Source: Flavobacteriales bacterium
GTDB lineage: Bacteria > Bacteroidota > Bacteroidia > Palsa-965
DNA: 64,000 nucleotides
Assembly (NCBI GenBank): GCA_040377305.1
Contig: JBEIPA010000012.1
Location: forward strand, 64,001-128,000
Direction of reading: 5' to 3'
Part shown: one piece after another, positions 27,665-37,500 of the stretch
Numbering within the stretch: position 1 is the stretch's first letter
Layout: each line of letters opens with the position of its first letter
Made by a program: the position numbers and the translations under genes
The notes under the pieces: model-generated
The model's database searches: none
Told to the model about the DNA's origin: nothing
The model's input: only the letters and a program-made list of their open reading frames with translations

Positions 27665-28729
27665 CTAATTTGAATCGATCAGGTCTGCAATCACAATATA
27701 ACCTTCCTGCGTAATCAGACTTTTCTGAATTCCTCCAATGAAACGCTTTCCGTTCGGACTGAATGAAACCAATCCTGTCCATCGTGCTTTGCCAACGTAC
27801 ATCAAATGGCCGGGCGTATTGAAAAAGGTTAAACGCTTTTTGTTCGTTCCATCCGCATTCATGATCCACCAATCCGTGCCTTTGTTGTCGTTGTCTTTGT
27901 TCGACATCCAGATGATGCGCTTTCCGTCGGGAGAGAAAACACCATGTTCGTTGTAATCGCCTTTGCCGGGAGTTCCTTGCGTGAGCTGTTGCAATTCTGT
28001 TCCGTCAATGTTCATGATATACAATTGACTCTGCCACGCCGATTTGGTTGTGAAGCTTCCGCAGAATATGATCTTCTTTCCATCGGGTGAAAATCCGTAA
28101 GCCTCTATGAAAGAATGATAACCGGGAAACAAATCTTTCGGGTGCTTGACAATCGGAATGCTGTCTACACCCCAACTGAATTCAGAAAGCTGCACCGACC
28201 AGAAACCAAAATGTCGTTCTGCATTCAGAATTCCCGGTCTGCGAAAACGATCGGTCCACATAATCTTAGTGCCGTCAGGGGAAAACTTCGGCATAATAAC
28301 TCCGTGATCGAAATCGTTGGGCAGCTCAATGAGTTTATACGCTTTTTTTCCGTCGGAAGAAATGAGCCAGATGTCGCAATACGCACCAAATCCCGGAAGA
28401 GAATTCGCTGAACTGCGCGGATGTACTTTCTTCTCTACAACCGCCAGCAACCATCTGCCGGAAGGATGCCAGGACATATTCGCAATGTGTCGGTTTGGAA
28501 GCAAGGGATGATCGCACGTAATGCAAACATCTTTCTTGCGATCGGGTGAAGCGATGTGAATGTCGTAATACATGTCTTTGCCTTTCACCGAATAGGCAAT
28601 CACGTTGCTGTCGACCGGACTCCACATGGCATCCAATGCAGTGTCCCGAAATTGTGTCACTTTAACGGTTTGTGCATACGTGTGCATGGAAATGCAAAGC
28701 GTGCCTAAAAAAATCAGCAGTTTACTCAT
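27665..28729 (-). CDS. Secreted TolB-like beta-propeller (PD40 repeats)
   Basis: Signal peptide; repeated WSP/WHP/FSPDG motifs; MNIDGT and MNADGT. Confidence 0.8.
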   Translation of the reverse strand: MSKLLIFLGTLCISMHTYAQTVKVTQFRDTALDAMWSPVDSNVIAYSVKGKDMYYDIHIASPDRKKDVCITCDHPLLPNRHIANMSWHPSGRWLLAVVEKKVHPRSSANSLPGFGAYCDIWLISSDGKKAYKLIELPNDFDHGVIMPKFSPDGTKIMWTDRFRRPGILNAERHFGFWSVQLSEFSWGVDSIPIVKHPKDLFPGYHSFIEAYGFSPDGKKIIFCGSFTTKSAWQSQLYIMNIDGTELQQLTQGTPGKGDYNEHGVFSPDGKRIIWMSNKDNDNKGTDWWIMNADGTNKKRLTFFNTPGHLMYVGKARWTGLVSFSPNGKRFIGGIQKSLITQEGYIVIADLIDSN

Positions 28730-28899
28730 ATGAAAGTATTTTCAACTTTTGAATTCCTGCCCGACTCTGTCATTCAGGCGGGCGTGAATCCTGACTAAAA
28801 AGTCAGGATTTCATGGTGAGTGAATGTACCAATTTGACGGCTATCTGTTAACGATTGTTACACCTGTGGAGTAGAAGGGTTTATTCTATCTTTGCTGCA

Positions 28900-29463
28900 A
28901 TGGAAAATTCGAACGGAAAGTCCCTTTTAATTACTGCACTACAGTATGCAGGTGTGCTTGCAGTAGTGATGGCGGTATTAACGCTGGTTTCATACCTTAC
29001 TGGATTATCTTATTTCTGGGGAGGTGCTATTGCGAATGTCCTCAAAGGAGTAGTTTTCCTCATTGGGTTCATTTTGGTTCTTGTCAATTGGAGGAAGAAA
29101 TCAGTGGAAATTACTTACAAGAACGCGTTCATGTTCGGTTCTCTAATTGTCATCGGTTATGTACTGATGATCACGATATTTGACTATATATTTTATGCTT
29201 TTATTGCACCTGACTTTTACAATGAGCTTCGTACACATACATTGCAAATGATGATTGAATACAATCTTCCTGAAGCACAGATTGACGAAACTGACGCGCA
29301 ATTTGAGAAAGGAATGGCTGGGGCAACACCAATCAAAATGAGTTTGAATACTGGGATTGCCCGTTTGGTAGCAGACCTTATTTTATTATCAATTGTTGCA
29401 ATTTTTCTTAGAAAGAAATTGCCAGTAGTACATGATTCATTGCCTTCTAATTCTCCGCAATAA
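28900..29463 (+). CDS. DUF4199-like membrane protein
   Basis: Four TM segments; FDYIFYAFIAPDF; AIFLRKK; TATCTTTG at 28887-28894 supports the ATG at 28900. Confidence 0.7.
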   Translation: MENSNGKSLLITALQYAGVLAVVMAVLTLVSYLTGLSYFWGGAIANVLKGVVFLIGFILVLVNWRKKSVEITYKNAFMFGSLIVIGYVLMITIFDYIFYAFIAPDFYNELRTHTLQMMIEYNLPEAQIDETDAQFEKGMAGATPIKMSLNTGIARLVADLILLSIVAIFLRKKLPVVHDSLPSNSPQ

Positions 29464-29469
29464 TATAGT

Positions 29470-30435
29470 ATGCAGATTTCAGTAATAGTTCCGCTTTACA
29501 ACGAAGATGAATCGTTACCAGAGCTTCACGACTGGATCGTGAGAGTGATGGCGGCAAATAATTTTTCGTACGAAATTGTTTTTGTTGATGACGGAAGCAA
29601 GGACAAATCGTGGAAGGTGATTGAATCGTTGTCGGCTAAAAATCCTTGCGTGCGCGGAATCAAATTCCGTCGTAACTACGGGAAGTCGGCAGCACTGCAA
29701 ACCGGCTTCGAAGCGTGCAAAGGCGATGTGGTGATTACCATGGATGCGGATCTGCAGGATAGTCCTGACGAAATTCCTGATTTGTACAAACAGATCACGC
29801 AAGACGAATTCGATATTGTATCCGGATGGAAGCAGAAGCGTTTCGATCCTATCACGAAAACACTTCCTACGAAATTATTCAACTGGGCGGCGCGCAAAAT
29901 GTCGGGCATTTACCTGCACGATTTCAATTGCGGACTCAAAGCATATCGCTCTGATGTCGTGAAGAGCATTGAAGTGTATGGTGAAATGCATCGCTACATT
30001 CCGGTGATTGCAAAACGCGCTGGCTTTACGAAAATAGGTGAGAAGGTTGTTCAGCACCAATCACGGAAATACGGTACAACCAAATTCGGGTTGGAGCGTT
30101 TCGTGAATGGATTCCTCGATCTCGTTTCGATTTCATTCGTCACACGTTTCGGAAAAGCGCCCATGCATTTCTTTGGTTTGCTCGGAACACTGATTTTTAC
30201 ACTTGGATTTTTCTCCGCAGCGTGGCTGGGCGCTCACAAACTGTGGGTGATTTACTACGAGCATGGTACAGATGAACGGGTTACTGAAAGTGCGTGGTTC
30301 TACATTGCACTTACTTGCATCATTCTGGGTACGCAACTTTTCCTCGCAGGATTCTTAGCTGAATTAATCGGACGCAATTCGCCGGACAGAAATACTTACC
30401 TCGTCGAAAAGGAAGTCGGCGAAGGAATCGCCTGA
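29470..30435 (+). CDS. Glycosyltransferase family 2 (DPM1/ArnC-like)
   Basis: SVIVPLYNE, VDDGS, RNYGKSAA, MDADLQD and DFNCGLKAY motifs; two C-terminal TM segments. Confidence 0.93.
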   Translation: MQISVIVPLYNEDESLPELHDWIVRVMAANNFSYEIVFVDDGSKDKSWKVIESLSAKNPCVRGIKFRRNYGKSAALQTGFEACKGDVVITMDADLQDSPDEIPDLYKQITQDEFDIVSGWKQKRFDPITKTLPTKLFNWAARKMSGIYLHDFNCGLKAYRSDVVKSIEVYGEMHRYIPVIAKRAGFTKIGEKVVQHQSRKYGTTKFGLERFVNGFLDLVSISFVTRFGKAPMHFFGLLGTLIFTLGFFSAAWLGAHKLWVIYYEHGTDERVTESAWFYIALTCIILGTQLFLAGFLAELIGRNSPDRNTYLVEKEVGEGIA

Positions 30436-30470
30436 TGACTGATAGCTAACGACTGATATAAAATAGTTGT

Positions 30471-30510
30471 ACAAAAAAAGAGTGAGTCAATTGGCTCACT
30501 CTTTTTTTGT
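30471..30510. terminator. Bidirectional intrinsic terminator
   Basis: ACAAAAAAAGAGTGAGTCAA/TTGGCTCACTCTTTTTTTGT inverted repeat between convergent genes. Confidence 0.85.
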
Positions 30511-30529
30511 AGCTATCAGTCATCAGCTA

Positions 30530-31519
30530 TCAGTTTGTTGAAGCGCGGACTTTGTGTCCACTTTTTCCTGTACCCGTGTAAATCACACCCATTTCAAATC
30601 CTCCACGACGGCCACCGAAGTTTTTCAGGTTGCTGGTAACAACATCGTAGCTGATGCGGAATGTGTTTCCACCTTGTTTGAATCCGAGGTGAATAACGAT
30701 CGCATCTCTGTGACGGTATGATCCACCCGCGAGTAAGCTGTATTCCGATCCCGATACCGCGTAGTTTGCAAGTAATCCGGCGTTGATCTCCATTGCTTTT
30801 CGCTGGTACATGAAGAGAACATTCGGCGTGAAAGTCAAATCTTCTCTTGCGTGAATATCACATGCACCTGTTACCGCCCAACGAATTGGCAGACGATGTT
30901 TTTGACCTGTGAACGATTCATTCGGCATGGTCAAGTGATAAACACCGAGACCAATGGATGGATCAAACTTTCCGTTTTTATCAATGTATTTGTAGTACAT
31001 GCCGATGTTCGCATCAAAACGGAACATGTTGTAACGCGGGAATAATTCTCCGTCAGGAAGGTTTGGATCCAGTCCGTTCGTAGCGTCGTATTGATTCTCG
31101 AAGAGCAAAGCTGCATCGTTAAAACGCTTCTGGAAGAATCCAAGTTGCAAGCCTGCCGTAAGAATATGGTTTTTGCTTTTTGGATCAGTGATCTTATACG
31201 AACCGGATCCCATAAACTGAAACGTACCGAAGTTTGATGTACCTGCGATGTGATCCAATATTTGAACTCCAATTCCGAAACGATCATCCAAAGGCATATC
31301 CCACGATATACCAACAGAAGAGTACGGTTTCCCTTGCAGCTTTTGCCACTGAGAACGATAGCTTCCGCAGACCCGCATCTTCACGTTATCGTCGAAGAAC
31401 AATCCCGTAACTGCCGGATTGTAATACAACGGTTGCATTTCGTATTGCGAAAGGTGAAAGTCCTGCGACTTTGCATTGTATCCAATCAGGACGAGCAAAA
31501 TGACCAGTGTCTTTTTCAT
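30530..31519 (-). CDS. PorP/SprF family T9SS outer-membrane protein
   Basis: QDFHLSQY...PLYYNPA.TG; YRSQW; SYD...S.L...GGFE; directly downstream of a type B CTD protein. Confidence 0.9.
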   Translation of the reverse strand: MKKTLVILLVLIGYNAKSQDFHLSQYEMQPLYYNPAVTGLFFDDNVKMRVCGSYRSQWQKLQGKPYSSVGISWDMPLDDRFGIGVQILDHIAGTSNFGTFQFMGSGSYKITDPKSKNHILTAGLQLGFFQKRFNDAALLFENQYDATNGLDPNLPDGELFPRYNMFRFDANIGMYYKYIDKNGKFDPSIGLGVYHLTMPNESFTGQKHRLPIRWAVTGACDIHAREDLTFTPNVLFMYQRKAMEINAGLLANYAVSGSEYSLLAGGSYRHRDAIVIHLGFKQGGNTFRISYDVVTSNLKNFGGRRGGFEMGVIYTGTGKSGHKVRASTN

Positions 31520-31567
31520 AATCGTGATGTGTGAAAAATAGTTCTTCATGTTTCAGTTCCTCCCCGT

Positions 31568-34500
31568 TTAGCGAATCAGTGTTACGTTACCGGAGAGATT
31601 AACCGGCTTTCCATCAATGGTTGTTCCGATGACCGTGTAGATGTATACACCGCCCGGCTGATCTTTGCCTTTGTATGTTCCGTCCCATCCTCCGTCAGGA
31701 TCTGTAGTGGAGTAAACCAGGTTGCCCCACTCATTGTAGATTCGGAAATCACACTCAGAGAATGGTCCACCTAATACGTGGAGCACATCATTCGTCTGGT
31801 CATTGTTCGGTGTGAATCCTGTTGGAATTGCAACCGGTGTGAGAATTTCTTCGGTAGGTGTAACTACAGAAACCGCAGTGTCTGTACATCCACCTGAACT
31901 GGTAATGATCAACGTCACCGTATAGCTTCCTGCAGTCTGATAGATTTGCGAAGGATTCTGTTGTGTGGATGTTGCTGTGTTTCCGAAATCCCAATACCAG
32001 GCGGTTGCTCCGGTCGATAAATCAGTGAAGTCTATGCCCAACGAATCACCTGCGAGCGAAGAGAATGCTGCAATCGGAAGTGGTTCCACCGTGATGATCA
32101 TTGTGTCGCTTACCGCAGGACAAATGCTGTTACCTGTTGAAGTAAGAATCAACATCACACTTCCTGCAATTACATCCTGGGTACTCATCGAATAAGTTGC
32201 AGTGAGCGAAGTTGCATTCGGCGTGAATGTGCCGGTGCCGTTTGTAGTCCAGATTCCTGTTGTTGTAATTCCTGAAACTAGACCCTGCAACGTTACGTCA
32301 GTCTGATTTCCGCACACAATCCGATCTGGTCCTGCACTTACCAATGCAACAGGCGTGATCGTTACGACCATTGTATCTGCGCGTGGTGCACAAATTCCTG
32401 ATCCTGTTGAAGTCAACACCAGAGAAATTGTTCCGGTTGCAAGATCGGTAACAGAAGGAGTATACACCGCATTCAGATCCGTGTTCGAAGGAGCGAATGT
32501 TCCGCTTCCGCTTGTTGTCCAGATTCCGGTTGTAGAACCAACAGTCACTGTTCCGGTGAGATTGACTGAAGCTCCTTGCGAACAAACTGTTTGGTCAGGA
32601 CCTGCAGTGACAACAGCAGGGTTCTGAATAATCACAGTTACTGTATCAGCAGCCGGAACACAAGAGCCTGTGTTTGTCGCAGTGAGGATGAGCATTACAC
32701 TTCCTGCAAGTGAATCGCTTGCGCTAGGAATGTACGTTGCATTCAGTGTGGTATTGTTCGGTAGGAATGTTCCTGATCCGGATGTTGACCAGATACCTGA
32801 TGTTGATGCACCTGAAACGTTCCCGCCCAATGGTGCAGAAAGGTTGTCGGAACAAATTGTGACGTTACCACCAGCACTTACTACTGAAAGTGGAGCGATT
32901 GTGTACGACACTGTGTCTAATCCCGGCAAACAAGAACCGTGATCAATGGTTTGCAGGAAGAATGTTACAACTCCTGTTGAAACATCATTCGCAGAAATCA
33001 CATATCCTGTCGTGAGGAGAGAATCATCCGGATTGAATGTTCCTGTTCCTGTGCTCATCCAGTAACCTGTTGTTGCACCACCGGTAACAAATCCATTGAG
33101 TCCAATCAATGTATCAGATGCGCAAATCGCCTGATCATATCCTGCGAATGCAAATGCGCTTGGACCGAAGGTGATTACCACTGTATCTGTTTCAACCGGA
33201 CAAACTCCATTGTTAGTAGATGTAAGAATCAATGTGATTGATCCCGCAGCAGTGTCGGCAGAACTGAATGTATAAATCGCGTTCAATGCACTATCATTCG
33301 GAGTGAATGTTCCCGAACCAAGCGTCGACCACATTCCTGTAGTAGATCCGTTCGAAACAATACCCTGCATCTGCGTGAAGTTTGCACTCACACACACTTG
33401 CTGATCAACACCAGCATTCACAACAATTCCCGGAGTGAAGTAGAAGCGCACTGTATCCTGTTCCGAGTTACAGTTTCCGTTTCCGGTTGTTGTAAGTATG
33501 AGCAATACAGAACCTGCAGCCTGTTCTCCCGCCGTTGGAGAATACGATGCGTTCAGAGTAGTGTTATTCGGAGCGAATGTTCCTGCACCACCACTCCAGA
33601 TTCCGCCGGTTGCGTTTGTTACGGAACCGTTGAGTATGATTGTCGGATTAACACCGCAAGTTGACTGTGAATTACCAGCATCTACAATAGGAGCAGGAGT
33701 GATGATAATATTCATGAAGTCAATTGCAGTATTACAGCTGTTTGTTGCTGTGAATACAAGGCTCACTGTTCCGGAAATCTGATCACCAGGTCCGGGAACA
33801 TACGTAGCATTCAATGTCGTGCTGTTCGGAATAAATGCGCCGTCGCCAGTAGTACTCCACTGCCCGGTTGTTGCACCGCCACCTAAGGTTCCGTTAAGTA
33901 ACACATTGGCGTTGTTACTACATACAATCTGGTCAGGGCCTGCATTTGCAGTTCCCGAAGGGAAAATATTCAACGTCATTGTATCCGATACAGGAACACA
34001 ACTTCCATTGTTCGTAGAAGTAAGTATCAGTAGTATTGTTTGTGTCGTTGAATCGCCGCTGCTTGGATTGTACGTCGCATTTAGAGCGGTATTGGATGGT
34101 GTAAATGTGCCGGACCCTGTTGTTGTCCAGATTCCGGTTGTAGTTCCACCAGAAACCGATCCGTTCAGTGTGGTAGTCATAGCGCTTGAACAAACTGTTT
34201 GATCAGGACCAGCGTTTACTACCGGAGCAGGAGTAATGGTTACTACAAGACTATCAACAGCGAAGTTGCAGCTGTTGGCCGTGAGGAACAAGGTTACTCC
34301 ACCGTTCGCAACGTCAAATCCGCTTGGGATGTAAGTCGCATTCAACGTGTTATTCGAAGGTGTGAAAATTCCCGTGCCTGTAGTTCCCCATGTTCCGGTT
34401 GTTGCACCGCCTGCAACCACACCATTCAGAGCAATGGCCGCGTTGTTTCCGCATACTGTGACATCGCTTCCAGCAGCAGAAGTTCCTGCCGGAAGAATGT

Positions 34501-37500
34501 TGATCATCATCGTATCTGTTACTGCGTTGCATGCACCATTGCCTGTAGATGTGAGCGTGAGAATTACACTTCCAGCAAGGGAATCCGCAGCACTGCACTG
34601 GTAAGTAGCGCTGAGTGTAGTGTTATTCGGAGAGAAGGTTCCGCTACCGGAGGTCGACCAGATTCCTGTGTTCGTAGGTCCGGATACACTTCCGCTGAGT
34701 GAAACGTTGAGGTTTGTAACGCATATCGTTTGACTGCTTCCGGCGTTCACTGTTGGAGAAGGTGTGATTGTAATCAGCACGCTGTCCACCTCAGGCAAAC
34801 AAGTTCCGTTACCGGTTGTTGTTAAATACAACATCACTGATCCCGCGGTAATTTCTGTTGCAGATGGTGTGTATTGTGCACCAAGTGCGGTGTTAGACGG
34901 GGAGAATGAACCGAGACCACCTGACCAGAGTCCGCCAGCAGCAACTGTGACGCTGCCACTAAGTGTCACCACCGAGTTGTTTGCACACGCCGTAATTGCT
35001 GTGCCCGCATCAACAGTTGGAGCAGGTGTGTAGGTTATACGAACGGTATCGGAAACAGGTGAACATGCTCCGTTTCCTGTTGTGGTGAGAATGATGTCTA
35101 CAAATCCTGCAGCGATTTCACCTGCAGTTGGAGTGTAAGTTGCTCCGAGCGCCGTGTTGGACGGAGTGAACATTCCGAGCGCACCTGTCCATTGTCCGCC
35201 TGCGCAGAAGTTCACAGAACCGTTCAGTGTAACTGTTGAGTTGTTACCACAAACAGACTGATTCGAACCCGCGTTCGCAACCGGAGCAGGAGCCAGGAAT
35301 ATTACAACCTGATCAGTAACCGGATTGCATCCACCATTTCCTGTTGATGTAAGTGTAAGAGTTACCTGGCCGGCAGAAATTTCACCAGCTGATGGCGTGT
35401 ACGTTGCATTGAGTGTAGTTGCATTCGGGAAATATGTTCCGGCACCACCACTCCATGTACCACCACCTGCATTGAACACTTGACCGTTCAGATTGACAGG
35501 GCCAGCATTTGCACACGAGTTAATATCAGCACCCGCTGCAACAGTTGGAGCAGGAGTAATTGTTATCACTACCTGATCAGATACTGAAACGCAAGTACCA
35601 TTTCCTGTTGAAGTAAGGGTTAGCGTTACAGTTCCGGCTGCAATTTCTGCTGCACTAGGACTGTATACTGCATTCGTGGTGGTGTTATTCGGATTGAATG
35701 TTCCGGTACCACCTGACCATACAATTCCACTCGCAACCGTAAATGACCCATTCAGTGTAGCGTTCGAATTGTTTGCACACACGGAAATAGCTGAACCTGC
35801 GCTAACCGTTGGAGCAGGCGTAAAGAAGATTGTCATTTGGTCCGTTACGCTTGAACAAGTACCGTTACCCGTTGTATTGAGCGTAAGTGTAATGCTTCCG
35901 GCTGCAATTTCTCCAGCAGTAGGACTGTAAACTGCATTCAGCGAGTTGCTGTTTGGAGTGAATACACCTAAGCCACCTGACCATTGTCCACCAGTTGCAA
36001 TTGTAACACTGCCGGCAAGAGTTGTTGCCGCGTTGTTAGCACACTTGGTTTGATCAGGGCCTGCATTAGCTGTTGGAGCAGGCGTGAAGAAAATCGTAAC
36101 CTGATCTGTGACTGCGAGACATGTTCCGTTTCCTGTAGTGGTTAATGTAAGCGTTACGCTACCAGTGGAAATTTCTCCCGGAGTCGGCGTGTATGTTGCG
36201 TTCATAGCTGCAGTGGATGGAGCGAATGTTCCTCCGCCTCCCGACCAAAGTCCACCTGTTGCAACAGTAATAGCACCAGCTAATGTCGTGTTTGCATTGT
36301 TCGCACACTTAGTTTGATCTGGACCAGCATTCGCAGTTGGTGAAGGTGTAATTGTGATTACAATCTGATCGCTTACCGCCGTACAAGTTCCATTACCAGT
36401 AGATGTCAGTGTCAGTGTAACTGTTCCTGCAGCGCGCTCGGCAGCTGTTGGAGAGTACACCGCATTCATCGTTGTATTGTTCGGTGCAAAAGTTCCGGCA
36501 CCACCTGTCCATGCTGCACCTGAAGAAACTGTAAATGCTCCCGAGAGAGTTACGGCAGAGTTGTTTGCACAAACTGTTTGATCAGGACCTGCGTTTACTG
36601 TTGGAGCAGGAGTGAAGAAAATTGTCATCTGATCCGTAACAGCAGTACAGGTTCCGTTACCGGTAGATGTAAGTGTAAGTGTAATACTTCCGCCGGCAAT
36701 TTCTCCTGCTGTAGGTGTGTAGGTTGCATTCAGTGTCGTGTTATTCGGAGCGAAAGTTCCCAAACCGCCTGACCATGAACCACCGGATGCTACCGTGATT
36801 CCACCAGCTAGCGTGGTTACTGCATTGTTCGCACATTTGGTTTGATCAACGCCAGCATTTGCAGTAGGAGCAGCAGAGAAGAAAATCGTCATCTGATCAG
36901 TGACCGCATTACATGTTCCGTTCCCGGTTGTAGTCAACGTGAGTGTAACACTACCAGACGAAATTTCTCCGGCTGTCGGCGTGTATGTTGCATTCAAAGC
37001 TGCATTAGAAGGGTTAAACGTTCCAGCGCCTCCCGACCATGCACCACCTGTTGCAACAGTAACGATTCCTGCGAGCGTCGTACCGGCATTGTTCGCACAT
37101 TTCGTTTGGTCAGGACCTGCGTTTGCAGTTGGTGAAGGTGTGATCGTAATCAGCACCTGATCGTTCACTGGATTACAGCCACCATTACCTGTAGTTGTTA
37201 GCGTGAGTGTAACACTGCCTGCTGCACGTTCCGCCGGAGTCGGCTGGTACGTGGCGTTCATTGTCGTGTTATTCGGTGTGAATGTTCCAGCGCCTCCAGA
37301 CCATGCCGCACCCGTGGATGTGGTGAATGATCCCGCCAAAGTCACCAACGAATTGTTTGAGCACACCGTCTGATTCGGTCCTGCATTAACAGTTGGTGCA
37401 GGTGTAAAGAAGATCGTCATCTGATCTGTCGTTGCATTACATGTACCATTACCGGTTGTGGTAAGCGTGAGTGTCATACTTCCACCGGAAATTTCTCCAG